NCBI GenBank assembly: GCA_963721805.1
Contig: CAVRJY010000002.1
Coordinates: forward strand, 64,001-128,000
Origin: Nitrospirota bacterium
Lineage (GTDB): Bacteria > Nitrospirota > Thermodesulfovibrionia > Thermodesulfovibrionales > JdFR-86
Length of the DNA stretch: 64,000 nt
Reading direction: 5' to 3'
In this document: positions 49,707 to 60,333 of the stretch, one piece after another
Layout of the letters: each line of letters begins with the position of its first letter
How positions within the stretch are numbered: position 1 is the stretch's first letter
Notes under the pieces: model-generated
Told to the model about the DNA's origin: nothing
Database searches by the model: none
The model's input: the letters and a program-made list of their open reading frames with translations, nothing else
Translations under genes and position numbers: made by a program

Positions 49707-50906
49707 TGTAAAGGTTACGCTCTTACCGGACAGTATCAGGCTGGAAAAAGCAGGCGGCAGCCAGCCCTTCCATCGGTTAGAATGTTTCACCACAAAACAC
49801 AGACCGAAGGAGGAAGGGCATGACTGCCAAAGAAAAGATATCACAAGGGAGGCTTTCAATGCTTCAGCTGGCCGAGAGGCTCAGGAACGTGTCGGAGGCC
49901 TGTCGCCGCCGGGGGGTGAGCCGCAGCCAGTTTTACGAGTACAAGCGGGCGTTTCAGGAGCAGGGGTTTGCGGGGCTCGCGGACCTTCCGCCGATAGCGC
50001 GTAGCTGTCCCCACAAGACGCCTGAGGAGGCCCGCAAGCGAGTGATCGAGATGAGCCTTGCTCACCCCCGGTGGGGGAAGCAGCGCATCTTCGAGCACCT
50101 GCTTCTGGAGGGCATATTGGTGCGTCCCTCAACTGTGTATCGCATCCAGGTTCGCGAGGGGCTGGAGTCGAAGGCCAAGCGCATCCTCCGGCTTGAGCAG
50201 GAGGCTAACGGCAAGGAGATCGAGCTAACGGAGGAGCAGGTCAAGCTCATCGAGCGGGCCAATCCGTGCTTCAGGGAAAGGCATGTGGAGAGCGCATATC
50301 CGGGCTATCTGCTCAGCCAGGACACCTTCACGGTGGGCAAGCTCAAGGGCATCGGGACCGTGTATCTGCAGGCCGTGGTGGACACGTACGGCTCTTATGC
50401 CTTCGGCAAGCTGTACACGTCGAAGAGGCCCGAGACGGCGGCCGACGTGCTCTACGACCGCGTGCTGCCGTTTTACGAGGACCATGGCATCAGGGTCCAG
50501 CATGTCCTGACGGACAACGGCTCGGAGTACTGCGGCAAGCTGCTGCGGCATCCGTACGAGCTGTTTCTGGCGCTTCACGACATCGCGCATCGAAGGACGA
50601 AGGTGGCGACACCGAGGACAAACGGATTCGTGGAGCGGTTTAATCGCACCATCCTGGACGAGTTCTTCTCGGAGACGTTCAGGTACCGGTTCTACGCATC
50701 GCTCGATGAGCTGCAGTATGACCTCGACCGGTGGCTGCACCACTACAACAACGAGCGCCCTCACAAGGGCTATCGCAACATGGGCAGACGGCCAATAGAA
50801 ACTATCGAGCTGGGCAAAAAGCTAAGACAGAAAGCTGAGGAGGAGGCCGCCTGATCAGTGCGACCGATGAGATGGAAAACTGTCCGGAGAGCACTGGACT
50901 TTTACA
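49707..50906 (+). mobile_element. IS481-family insertion sequence
   Basis: TGT...ACA imperfect TIRs (TGTAAAGGTTACGCTCTTACCGGACAGT / TGTAAAAGTCCAGTGCTCTCCGGACAGT); 7-bp target duplication TTCCGCT. Confidence 0.92.
49820..50854 (+). CDS. IS481-family DDE transposase
   Basis: NVSEACRRRGVSRSQFY HTH, SQDTF, LTDNGSEY, PRTNGFVERFNRT, YNNERPH. Confidence 0.95.
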   Translation: MTAKEKISQGRLSMLQLAERLRNVSEACRRRGVSRSQFYEYKRAFQEQGFAGLADLPPIARSCPHKTPEEARKRVIEMSLAHPRWGKQRIFEHLLLEGILVRPSTVYRIQVREGLESKAKRILRLEQEANGKEIELTEEQVKLIERANPCFRERHVESAYPGYLLSQDTFTVGKLKGIGTVYLQAVVDTYGSYAFGKLYTSKRPETAADVLYDRVLPFYEDHGIRVQHVLTDNGSEYCGKLLRHPYELFLALHDIAHRRTKVATPRTNGFVERFNRTILDEFFSETFRYRFYASLDELQYDLDRWLHHYNNERPHKGYRNMGRRPIETIELGKKLRQKAEEEAA

Positions 50907-50986
50907 TTCCGCTAACGGCGTGGTCGGAGGGCCAACAATTTTTCTTTCCCTTTCATTCCCAATACACAGCGATGTAAAATAGATGC

Positions 50987-52447
50987 ATGTTGGCCAATAT
51001 TGACTCGATGAGGATTGAAGCCTCTTCACGACTTCATCCAACTAGAAAATCAGCCTTGGGACAATTCATGACCCCAAATTCAATCGCCGAGTTTATGGTT
51101 ACACTTTTTAACAAATTCGATAAAGATATACGGCTATTGGATGCAGGTGCGGGAATAGGTTCACTTTCCCTTGCGTTCCTTGATAAAGCTATTTCTAATG
51201 CAGCCTCAATTCATATAGATGCATGGGAAATGGAACAGATACTATTGCCGTATTTGAAATCAAATTTAATTCATTATCAAAAAGAAGCAATGTATAATGG
51301 TGCGCTTTTGCAGTTCAATATTCATGATGATGATTTCATTGAGAATGCAGTTTTGAGTTTAGCCGCCAACAGGAGCAGCCAATACACCCATTGCATTATT
51401 AATCCTCCGTACAAAAAGATAAACTCTAATTCAAAGCATAGGTTTCTTTTGCGGAAATTAGGCATAGAAACAGTCAACCTCTATACAGCTTTTCTTGCTC
51501 TATGTATTCGGCAGCTTCAAAGTAAAGGGCAATTAGTTGCGATAGTACCGCGCAGTTTTTGCAATGGCACATACTATAAACCATTTAGACAGCTTCTTCT
51601 TGAAACCTGCTGCATTTCTCATATCCATGTATTTGAGTCAAGAAAAAAAGCATTCAAGGACGAAGGTGTATTGCAGGAGAACATTATTGTTAAACTCATT
51701 AAGAATCGTCCTCAATCAAAGATTAGAATTTCATCATCTCACGATGATAGCTTTTTAGATTACACTGTTCGTGAGGTTGAGGCGAATGATGTAATAATGA
51801 ATGGAGAGACTGATTATTTTATCCGCATACCAATAAAATCAAAACCTGTGACAAGTTCACCCCTATTCGAGTACTCACTTGGTCAGCTTCTACTCGGGGT
51901 CTCTACTGGGCCAGTGGTTGATTTTAGGGTTAAAGAATATTGCTCTAATAAGCCCAATAGCAAATCTGTTCCATTGCTATATCCAAAGCACTTCTCCAAT
52001 GGTGAACTTATTCATCCAAAGGAAATAAAAAAGCCAAGTTGGATCACATTAAATTCTGAAACAAGCAAATGGTTGATGCCGAAAGGCTTCTATACTCTTG
52101 TGAAACGTTTTTCTGCGAAAGAAGAAAAAAAGAGAATTGTCGCCTATGTTGTAAATCCAAATGAATTAATAGGAGACTATTTTGGATTCGAAAATCATTT
52201 CAATATATTTCATGTCAATAAACATGGCTTAGATGAGAACATGGCATACGGACTTGCTTTGTTTCTCAACTCATCCTTAGTCGATAACTATTTCAGAACT
52301 TTTTCAGGACATACCCAAGTTAATGCAAATGATTTACGTTTAATCAAATATCCAAGTAAGAGGTTATTGATGGAGCTTGGCAGAAAGTATAAACATAAGA
52401 TACTTACTCAAACACAAATAGACCAAGCAATTTCCATCAATGAGTAA
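50987..52447 (+). CDS. Type II N6-adenine DNA methyltransferase (BsuBI/PstI-like)
   Basis: LGQFMTP, LLDAGAGIGSL, INPPYKK, FSGHTQVNA. Confidence 0.9.
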   Translation: MLANIDSMRIEASSRLHPTRKSALGQFMTPNSIAEFMVTLFNKFDKDIRLLDAGAGIGSLSLAFLDKAISNAASIHIDAWEMEQILLPYLKSNLIHYQKEAMYNGALLQFNIHDDDFIENAVLSLAANRSSQYTHCIINPPYKKINSNSKHRFLLRKLGIETVNLYTAFLALCIRQLQSKGQLVAIVPRSFCNGTYYKPFRQLLLETCCISHIHVFESRKKAFKDEGVLQENIIVKLIKNRPQSKIRISSSHDDSFLDYTVREVEANDVIMNGETDYFIRIPIKSKPVTSSPLFEYSLGQLLLGVSTGPVVDFRVKEYCSNKPNSKSVPLLYPKHFSNGELIHPKEIKKPSWITLNSETSKWLMPKGFYTLVKRFSAKEEKKRIVAYVVNPNELIGDYFGFENHFNIFHVNKHGLDENMAYGLALFLNSSLVDNYFRTFSGHTQVNANDLRLIKYPSKRLLMELGRKYKHKILTQTQIDQAISINE

Positions 52448-53380
52448 AAAGCAACGAATAAAAGAAGCGCTTAGCATTTTAGCTGACCTTGGAATGCCAC
52501 GTGCGCAATTGAATGAACGGAGTGCACTCTGTCTTTTGGCCTTATTAAATTTGCGCCCCGACAAAGGTTGGGCTTCGTCGGAAAGCCCTCTTATCGGAAT
52601 TACTCCGATTATGGATTGGAGCAGAGATTTTTATGGTACACATTATGCGCCGAATACACGAGAAACATTTCGAAGGCAAACAATACACCAATTCATTCAG
52701 GCTGGGATTGCATTGATAAATCCAGATAAGCTTGACAGAGCAGTGAATAGCCCTCACACTGTATATCAGATAGAGCCTCAGCTATTGAATATACTAAAAC
52801 AGTTTGGGACTAAGCGCTATAGAACGCAACTCGCGTCTTTTCAAGAAAAACGACCCTCTTTAGCAAAGCAATATGCTAAGAATAGAGATATGCTACAAAT
52901 TCCCGTCAAGTTAACCGATAAATTGGAGATTCGGCTAAGTGCTGGGCATCATAGCCAGCTTATTACGGCTATCATTGAAGAATTTGCTTCTAGATTCGTC
53001 CCTGGCGGGATTCCGATTTATGTGGGTGACACAGGGGATAAATTTGCATATTTTGATGAGGTAAAGTTATCCGGCCTTGGAGTGCAAACGGACAACCACG
53101 GCAAAATGCCTGATGTTGTGATTTATTACCGTGAAAAAAACTGGCTTGTTCTTGTAGAGGCTGTTACAAGCCATGGGCCTATGGATGGGAAGCGGCATCT
53201 TGAACTTTCAGAGTTATTTAACAAATGTTCCGCTGGTTTAGTGTTTGTTTCAGCATTTCCTGATAAAAAACGATGAATAAATACCTTGAAGTAATTGCTT
53301 GGGAGACGGAAGTATGGATAGCCGATAATCCAACACATTTAATTCATTTTAACGGTATAAGATTCTTAGGCCCATACTGA
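52440..53380 (+). CDS. BsuBI/PstI-family restriction endonuclease (frameshift in A6 run at 53265-53270)
   Basis: [30 protein letters not shown]-terminus IAWETEVW...HFNG.RFLGPY lies in the shifted frame. Confidence 0.9.
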
Positions 53381-53672
53381 CGGGAAAATAGTGACAGAGC
53401 TCATTGTCTGACGGAAACAGGGACGTTCCTATCTATCCAAGTTCTAACTAGCTATTCAAAAAATCCTCATTGCATATTGGAATAATTACTAATTCATCGG
53501 ATCTGTTTGGTAAATGGCATCACGAGCTCGGTGCGGGGGCGCATAGCATCCCGCCTAAGATCAAATGGGTTTTAATCGCATTACGCTAGTGTCGCGTGCT
53601 TTCACATGCCCCATTGCCATGCGCTAGTGAAAATGCTTTAATATATTGACAGGTCGAATCAACAGGAGGCTG

Positions 53673-53855
53673 ATGCACATGGGCAAGGCGGCAGACATGG
53701 TGGAGATACCGAAAGAGGAGTACTCGCTTCTGAAGGAACTGTTCAGGACCGTAAAGCGGCAGAACCTGCTCCTTCGTATCTCCGAGGCTGAGAAGAACCT
53801 CAAGGCGGGCAAGGTCAAAAAGGTCTCGGCGGACAAATTCATCGACGGCATATAA
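53673..53855 (+). CDS. Putative antitoxin
   Basis: Small ORF with AGGAGG RBS directly upstream of the toxin; AEKNLKAGKVKK. Confidence 0.65.
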   Translation: MHMGKAADMVEIPKEEYSLLKELFRTVKRQNLLLRISEAEKNLKAGKVKKVSADKFIDGI

Positions 53856-53862
53856 TCCCCCT

Positions 53863-54141
53863 GTGAAACCCAGATACATACTCTTTGATTCGGCGTTTGA
53901 AAAACGATTTTCCAAGTATAAATCCCGCCTTGACGAAGCCGGACGAAGTCACCTTAAGCAAAGGTTTGAACTTTTCAAGGAAGATGTTTTTGACAAGCGG
54001 CTCAAGACGCATAAGCTGAAAGGCAACCTTGGTGCGTACTATGCCTTCTCAGTAAACCATTCCGACAGGATAGTCTTCAAGGTACTCGACGATGAGGGCG
54101 TGTTTCTCATCGAGGTAGGAAGCCACGACGAGTGTTATTGA
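53863..54141 (+). CDS. RelE/YafQ-family mRNA interferase toxin
   Basis: LKTHKLKGNL..YYAFSV...RIVF...EVGSHDECY. Confidence 0.85.
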   Translation: MKPRYILFDSAFEKRFSKYKSRLDEAGRSHLKQRFELFKEDVFDKRLKTHKLKGNLGAYYAFSVNHSDRIVFKVLDDEGVFLIEVGSHDECY

Positions 54142-54163
54142 TCTGAGGGGAAAACAGGGACAG

Positions 54164-54958
54164 TCATCGGATCTGTTTCGTGAATGGCATCAAGATGAGG
54201 GTTGGGAGGCCGAGCTTGTCCGGTTCGCGGTAAGGGCCGACGCCGATTACGATGGTTTCCTGTGACACGTCCCTGACCAGCGTGCCTAACATCCTGTCCC
54301 ACACAGAGAGGATCGTCCCATAGTTCGTGTCGCGCTCGAAGACCTTCACGGAATGGTGTATGCGGTGCATCGATGGCGGGACGAAGACCGTCCAAAACAC
54401 GCTTTCAAGCGATTTCGGCACACGGAGGCTGCTGTGCTGAAACTGGGCCGCGAGCACAAGCAGGCTCTCAAAAATAATGACGCCGACCATTCCGGCTCCA
54501 AGGAAATAGATGAGCCCAAGCTTGATGACCGCGGAGATCGAGAGTTCCCCGATGTGGAACCGTGATGCCGTCGAGACATCCATGTTGATGTCGCTGTGGT
54601 GCACGCGGTGAAAGCGCCAAAACAGCGGGACCTTGTGGTTCAGCATATGCCAGACATAGAGCATGAAGTCCATGACCAAAACCGTCAATGTGACATTCGC
54701 CCATAGCGGCAGCGCGACCATATTAAGGAGCCCGACCCGGTGTTCGGTCACGTACGCGGCTTCATTGGCCGTGGCGGCGGCGAATAAGATTGTGAGGATC
54801 GCGCTGTTTATGATCGCGAGCGAGATGTTCGTCATGACCCGCTTCGCCTTCGCGACCGTCGGGTTGCGATAAGGCCTGACGTATTCCAGCAGCAGGAAAA
54901 AGAAGAACCCACCCCAAAAGGCCATGAGGCGTATCAAGACGGCGTTTAGGTGGATCAT
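54164..54958 (-). CDS. Sterol desaturase / fatty-acid hydroxylase family protein
   Basis: His boxes YVWHMLNH, FHRVHHSD, FQHS, HRIHHS. Confidence 0.9.
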   Translation of the reverse strand: MIHLNAVLIRLMAFWGGFFFFLLLEYVRPYRNPTVAKAKRVMTNISLAIINSAILTILFAAATANEAAYVTEHRVGLLNMVALPLWANVTLTVLVMDFMLYVWHMLNHKVPLFWRFHRVHHSDINMDVSTASRFHIGELSISAVIKLGLIYFLGAGMVGVIIFESLLVLAAQFQHSSLRVPKSLESVFWTVFVPPSMHRIHHSVKVFERDTNYGTILSVWDRMLGTLVRDVSQETIVIGVGPYREPDKLGLPTLILMPFTKQIR

Positions 54959-55095
54959 TAAAACATTGTAGGCTAATCCGTATGCTAAGACAAGATCAGC
55001 TCAATTAGCGATCTGCCCCGAAAAGACTTATTATTTCACTATTAACGCGAGCGAAATTCCGGCAGACAAGGGGCGCTGCCCCCTAAAATTATAAC

Positions 55096-55133
55096 TTGAC
55101 TATTGCGCAGAAATCGGATAAGATTGATCTTAT
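55096..55133 (+). promoter_or_regulatory. Sigma70 promoter with overlapping palindromic operator
   Basis: TTGACT-N17-TAAGAT; palindrome ATAAGATTGATCTTAT (55118-55133) abuts the ATG. Confidence 0.6.
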
Positions 55134-55547
55134 ATGCAGGTGACGCGACTTTCAGACTACGCGATCCGTGCGGTGCTGCACCTCTCCCAAAACGAGGGGC
55201 GCGTCGTAGGCGTGCCCGATATAGTCAAAGAGCAGGGCATCCCAAAGCCCTTCGCATCGAAGATCCTCCAGAGGCTGGCCAAGGCGGGAATCGTGCGCTC
55301 GGTGCAGGGGGTGCGCGGCGGCTACGTGCTCGCCCGCAAGGCCTCCGAGATCACGCTACTCGACGTATACGAGGCCGCCTCGGGGCCCCTGTGCCTCAAC
55401 GTCTGCGTCGACCGCTCCAGGGGCTGCGACCGGAGCAATGAATGCCCTGCCCACCCGGTATGGAGCAAGCTCACTTCACAATTGCGGCAAAGCATGAGAC
55501 AATGGACCATTAAGAAGGTCCTGGATTCTTGCGGACGCGATAAATGA
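55134..55547 (+). CDS. Rrf2-family transcriptional regulator
   Basis: DYAIRAV, KILQRL..AGIVRSVQGVRGGYVLA, ITLLDV, Cys cluster. Confidence 0.92.
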   Translation: MQVTRLSDYAIRAVLHLSQNEGRVVGVPDIVKEQGIPKPFASKILQRLAKAGIVRSVQGVRGGYVLARKASEITLLDVYEAASGPLCLNVCVDRSRGCDRSNECPAHPVWSKLTSQLRQSMRQWTIKKVLDSCGRDK

Positions 55548-55560
55548 AAGGAGCGTTCAG

Positions 55561-56986
55561 ATGCAAACTGAAGGGGGTTACCACTACTCGGTAGTGCGGG
55601 GCTTCACGCTCTCGGCCCTGTTCTGGCTGATCATCGGGCTCGTCGTCGGCCTATGGATCTCGGCCGAGCTGTTCATGCCCGGCCTGAACCTGACCTCATG
55701 GCTCGGATACGGAAGGCTGCGCGTCATCCACGTCAACGGCCTCGCGTTCGGCTTCGGCCTCGCCGGGATATTCGCGTGCAGCTATTACATCCTGCAGAAG
55801 CTCGGCCGCACGCCGCTTGCCTTCCCCGGCCTCGCGCGCTTCCACCTCTGGCTGTTTAACGCCGCGATCACGCTGGCCGCCCTGAGCCTGTTTATGGGCA
55901 TGAACACCTCCAAGGAATACGCTGAGCTCGAATGGCCGCTGGACATCGGGGTCGTGATCATGTGGGTGATATTCGCGATAAACGTCTTCGGCACCCTGAT
56001 TAAGCGCAAAGAGAAGGACATGTACATCTCGATCTGGTACATCCTGGCCACGACCGTCACGGTCGCGGTCATCTACATCGGCAACAACCTCGAGATCCCG
56101 GTCAACCTCTTTAAGTCCTACCCGGTCTACGCCGGGCGTAAACGACGCCAACGTCGAGTGGTGGTACGCGCATAACGCGGTCGGGTTCGTCTTCACCGTC
56201 CCGATACTCGCGATGTTCTACTACTTCCTCCCCAAGTCCACCGGGCTGCCGATCTTCAGCCACCGCCTCTCGATAGTCGCGTTCTGGTCGCTGGTGTTCG
56301 CCTACCTCTGGACGGGCGCGCACCACCTTATGCTCACCCCGCTTCCGGAGTGGATACAGACCGTCGGCATAGCGTTCAGCATATTTTTGATCGCGCCCTC
56401 GTGGGGCTCGGTCGTAAACGGCTACTACACGATGCGCGGCAACTGGGGGCAGCTCCAGAGCAACTACCTCGCGAAGTTCTTCCTGCTCGGGGTCACGTTC
56501 TACGGCCTGCAGACGATACAGGGCCCGACGCAGGGCCTCCGCACGCTGACCGCGTTTTTCCACTACAGCGACTACATCATCGGCCACGTCCACATGGGCA
56601 CGATGGGCTGGGTGACGATGATCATCTCGGGCTCGTTCTACTACATGATCCCCAAGACGACCGGCCGCGAGGTATACAGCGTGCAGCTCGCCAACGTGCA
56701 CTTCTACCTCGTCCTGATCGGGCAGCTCCTCTATACCGTGACGATGTGGATGGCCGGGATCGAGCAGGGCGCGATGCTCAAGGCCACGAACGCCGACGGC
56801 TCGCTAACCTACAGCTTCCTCGAGACGATGCAGACCCTCCTGCCGTACTGGAAGATCAGGTTCATAGGCGGGGCGGTCTACTTCATCGGGATCATCGTGT
56901 TTGCGTACAACATCGTCATGACCATACGCGCGGGCAGGCCCGTCGGAGAGAAGCCCGCGCCAGCCGTGGCCGAGGGGGTGCAATAA
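55561..56986 (+). CDS. ccoN: cbb3-type cytochrome c oxidase subunit I (frameshift near 56135)
   Basis: YGRLRVIHVN, KEYAELEWPLD, WWYAHNAVGF, WTGAHHL, GHVH. Confidence 0.95.
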
Positions 56987-56987
56987 G

Positions 56988-57701
56988 ATGAGCGACAGCG
57001 TATACAGCAGACCCATCGTATTTGCGGTGCTCTCGGCGGTCGTGATCCTGGTGGGCACGGTTGTCACGACGTTCTACCCTATGGTCATGCCCTCTACCCA
57101 GCCCAAGAGCGGGTACGTCAAGCCCTATACCGCGCTCGAGCTCGAGGGCCGCGACGTCTATATCCGCGAGGGCTGCAACAACTGTCACACGCAGACGATC
57201 CGCCCGCTTCGCACCGAGGTCCTCAGGTACGGCGACTACTCCAAGCCCGAGGAGTTCGCCTACGACAGCCCGCACCTCTGGGGCTCGCGGCGCGTCGGGC
57301 CGGACCTGGCGCGCATAGGCGGCAAGTACGCCGACAGCTGGCACTACGTCCATACCGTCGACCCGCAGAAGATGTTCGCGGCCTCGAACATGCCGCGCTA
57401 CGTGTGGCTCGCGGACTCAAAGCTCGACACCTCATACACGCTCAAAAAGTCCCAAGTCCTCGGCTTCGGCTACTCGGAGGCCGACGTGCAAAAGCAGCTC
57501 GACGACGAGCGTGCGCGGCTTACTTCGCCGCAGTACCGGTACAAGCCGCAGCGCGACAACGCCATCCCGGCCGGGCTGCGCGGAGACCTGACCGAGCTTG
57601 ACGCCCTCATCGCGTACCTCCAGAAGCTCGGGCGCGACTACAAGGACAGCCAGAAGACCGAGGCGGCGGTGGCCTCGGCCGCTCCGGCCGGGGGCAACTG
57701 A
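56988..57701 (+). CDS. ccoO: cbb3-type oxidase subunit II
   Basis: LELEGRDVYIREGCNNCHTQ, WGSRRVGPDLARIGGKY. Confidence 0.96.
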   Translation: MSDSVYSRPIVFAVLSAVVILVGTVVTTFYPMVMPSTQPKSGYVKPYTALELEGRDVYIREGCNNCHTQTIRPLRTEVLRYGDYSKPEEFAYDSPHLWGSRRVGPDLARIGGKYADSWHYVHTVDPQKMFAASNMPRYVWLADSKLDTSYTLKKSQVLGFGYSEADVQKQLDDERARLTSPQYRYKPQRDNAIPAGLRGDLTELDALIAYLQKLGRDYKDSQKTEAAVASAAPAGGN

Positions 57702-57702
57702 C

Positions 57703-57849
57703 ATGCACTGGAGCGCTCTGGTTTATCTGGGCTTCACGGCGGCGCTTCTGGCGGTGCTTGGCGGAATCGCGTATTATAGCTATAAACCATCTCGCAGAGA
57801 TGCGGTCGAGGAGCCGAAGTTCCGGATGCTCGACGACAACGACGAGTAA
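57703..57849 (+). CDS. ccoQ: cbb3-type oxidase subunit CcoQ
   Basis: Short TM protein ending VEEPKFRMLDD between ccoO and ccoP. Confidence 0.8.
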   Translation: MHWSALVYLGFTAALLAVLGGIAYYSYKPSRRDAVEEPKFRMLDDNDE

Positions 57850-57864
57850 GGAAGGGGACGCCCG

Positions 57865-58695
57865 ATGAGCGATATAGCCAAGATGGAGCTGGAAAACAAG
57901 ATTCCCAAAGGTTGGGCGGCGTTTTACATCGCGGCCATCCTGTTCGTGATCGTATACGTTGCCTCATACACGCCCGAATTCAGCGGGTGGTCGTTCAACA
58001 AGCGCTTCGACGCTGCCCACTCGGCCGAGCTGGCGGGCATGGCCCATCCCGTACAAAACGTCAACCCATACGCCGGCGACCTGAAGGCTATCGAGGAGGG
58101 CGAGGCCCACTATAAGAGCATGTGCGCGGGCTGCCACGGCGAGGGCCTGAAAAACCCTGCGATAGGCCAGGACATCCTCAAGGCGCCGGCCCTTACTGAC
58201 GAGGCGATCTACGATTTCATATACAAAGGGAGCGTCAACGGGATGCCGGCCTTCGGCTCGCAGCTCGGCCCGGACCGCACCTGGAAGCTCGTCGCATACA
58301 TCCAGCACGAGCGCGCCGAGGGGGGCATGGCCCCGTCAACCGAGGCTGGTGAGAATAACCCAGTGCAGATGGCCGCGAAGGGCGGGGGCGGATCGCACGG
58401 GGGCGGCAGCGGAGGCGTTGGCGGACAACAGGGCAACAAAAGGAAGAACATGACCGAGGACGGGCTGATCGTCTATAACAGGACCTGCGCCGGATGCCAC
58501 GGCCTCGGGCTTAAAAACCCGCCGGTCGGGGCGGACCTCCTCGGTACGCTCAAATACGGTGACACCACCCTGGCGCTCACCGAGACGATCACAAACGGCA
58601 GGCCGGGCGGCATGCCCAGCTTCGGCTCGCAATTCAGCCCGGAGCAAATACATAAGATAGTCATATATATCCAGCAAGAGCGCATGAGGCGCTAA
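57865..58695 (+). CDS. ccoP: cbb3-type oxidase subunit III (diheme cytochrome c)
   Basis: ENKIPKGW N-terminus, two CAGCH motifs each followed by GMP. Confidence 0.85.
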   Translation: MSDIAKMELENKIPKGWAAFYIAAILFVIVYVASYTPEFSGWSFNKRFDAAHSAELAGMAHPVQNVNPYAGDLKAIEEGEAHYKSMCAGCHGEGLKNPAIGQDILKAPALTDEAIYDFIYKGSVNGMPAFGSQLGPDRTWKLVAYIQHERAEGGMAPSTEAGENNPVQMAAKGGGGSHGGGSGGVGGQQGNKRKNMTEDGLIVYNRTCAGCHGLGLKNPPVGADLLGTLKYGDTTLALTETITNGRPGGMPSFGSQFSPEQIHKIVIYIQQERMRR

Positions 58696-58762
58696 GGGGC
58701 TCGGGCCCGGCCGCTCCCCCCTCACATGGTGGGGCCGCCGGGCGCCGCCACTCGGACCTGTC

Positions 58763-59896
58763 ATGCAACAGCACTCCAGGGCGCACCACGACAGATGGCT
58801 CACCAGGAGGCGCGCGGCCGCGGCGCTCGAGGCCGCCGTGATCCTGGGCCTGCCGTTTCTGACCATCCACGGGCAGAGCGCGCTTCGCTTCGACATCCCC
58901 AGCCTCACGCTCTTCGCCTTCGGGGCCGAGATCCCGATCAGCCAGTTCCTCTCGGTGCTGTTGATCATGCTGTTTCTGGGGGTGCTGTTTATCGGCATCA
59001 CGACGGTATTCGGCCGCATCTGGTGCGGGTGGCTCTGCCCTCAGAGCGTGCTGGAGGAATTCGCCGAGGACCTGTCCTCGGCCATAAACAGGAAACACCG
59101 CCTGCTCATCAAGCGCCTGATCCTCGTGCCGGTCTCGGCGCTCGTCTCGGTCTCTATGATCTGGTATTTCATCCCCCCGGCCGGGAGCCTCGATGCGATA
59201 GCCTCGGGCGGCGCGGCCATGTGGTTTTTCATCGTCATGGCGCTCGCGATTTACGCGATGCTCGCGCTTCTGGGCAGGCGGTTCTGCGCCACGGTCTGCC
59301 CCTACTCGATGCTGCAGAGCGCGTTTTTCGACCGCGACACGGTCGTGGTCGGGTTCGACCCCGCGCGGGCGGACGAGTGCATGGGCTGCGAGATGTGCGT
59401 AAAGTCCTGCCCGATGGGCATAGACATCAGGCGCGGCCTCCAGCGCGAGTGCATCGCCTGCGCGCGGTGCATAGACGCGTGCGAGACGATGAGGCGCGGC
59501 CTCCCCCCGCTCGTGCGCTACATGGGCAGGCCGCTGAGGGCGAAGGCGGCCGTCTGGGCCGCGGCGGCGGCGCTGTTCGCCCTGGCCGCGATCGTAGCCG
59601 TCGGTGCGAGGCCGAGCGCCGAGGTCACTTTTTACAGGAACGCCGTGCAGCCCGCCAAGGGCCACGTCAACACCTATACCTACAGCATCCGCAACAACAC
59701 CTCCGCGCCGCTGGATTTTACGGTAGTGCCGGGCCCGCCGTTTGAGGTCGTGGGCGGAGCCGTCGAGGTCATGGTCCTGCCCGCAGAGCGGGCGAACGGC
59801 ATCATCGTCCTCTCGCCTGCCGGCCCCGCGACGAGCGTGCGCGTGACGTTCCGCGCACGGGGGGTCGAGATCACGAAGGAGGCCGGATACCTTTGA
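58763..59896 (+). CDS. ccoG: CcoG/FixG-like 4Fe-4S membrane protein
   Basis: GRIWCGWLCPQ, FCATVCPY, CMGCEMCVKSCP, CIACARCIDAC. Confidence 0.88.
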   Translation: MQQHSRAHHDRWLTRRRAAAALEAAVILGLPFLTIHGQSALRFDIPSLTLFAFGAEIPISQFLSVLLIMLFLGVLFIGITTVFGRIWCGWLCPQSVLEEFAEDLSSAINRKHRLLIKRLILVPVSALVSVSMIWYFIPPAGSLDAIASGGAAMWFFIVMALAIYAMLALLGRRFCATVCPYSMLQSAFFDRDTVVVGFDPARADECMGCEMCVKSCPMGIDIRRGLQRECIACARCIDACETMRRGLPPLVRYMGRPLRAKAAVWAAAAALFALAAIVAVGARPSAEVTFYRNAVQPAKGHVNTYTYSIRNNTSAPLDFTVVPGPPFEVVGGAVEVMVLPAERANGIIVLSPAGPATSVRVTFRARGVEITKEAGYL

Positions 59897-60333
59897 AACG
59901 CTTCATCTACGCGCTTTTTATAGGCTTCGCGCTGATCACGGCATATACGTTTTATAAGGCCAGTTCGGTCTACGACGGACTGGTCGAGCCCTCATACTAC
60001 GAGCGCAGCAAGGACTGGTTCGAGACCCGCAAGGCCGAGGTCAGCATGGGACTCGCCATAGACCTCCGGAAGATGCCGGTCTCGGCAGGCACGCAGGAGA
60101 TGGCGGTCTCGGTCCGAAACGCCAAGGGCCCGCTTACCTCAGGCCATGCGACGCTCACGCTCGGCAGGCCGAGTTCGTCGTCGACCGACCGGGCGTACGA
60201 GGCAGGCGAGGTCTCGCCCGGCGTATATTCGGCCAGCGTCGAACTCCCTGAGCGCGGGATATGGCTCGTTCGGTTTGAGCTTCAGCACCCCTCGATATCG
60301 ACCGAGCGGCGATGGACCATAACCATAAACTGA
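59893..60333 (+). CDS. FixH/CcoH family protein
   Basis: N-terminal TM, DGLVEPSYYE, PGVY...GIW. Confidence 0.75.
   Translation: MKRFIYALFIGFALITAYTFYKASSVYDGLVEPSYYERSKDWFETRKAEVSMGLAIDLRKMPVSAGTQEMAVSVRNAKGPLTSGHATLTLGRPSSSSTDRAYEAGEVSPGVYSASVELPERGIWLVRFELQHPSISTERRWTITIN

Noticed and set aside
53274..53276. TGA in the restriction gene as a selenocysteine codon
   Set aside because: The conserved continuation is in a different frame, so this is a frameshift, not readthrough.
53405..54165. Short GGAAACAGGGAC-like motifs flanking the TA pair as REP ends
   Set aside because: Only two short partial matches with no full palindrome or associated transposase; not enough support.
22950..56986. 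Many split genes (radical SAM, purB, kinase, MBL, murJ, lptG, USPs, TauE, ccoN) as pseudogenes or programmed frameshifts
   Set aside because: Single-base indels hit essential genes such as purB, murJ and lptG, both halves stay well conserved, and I saw no common slippery motif; most consistent with long-read assembly errors.
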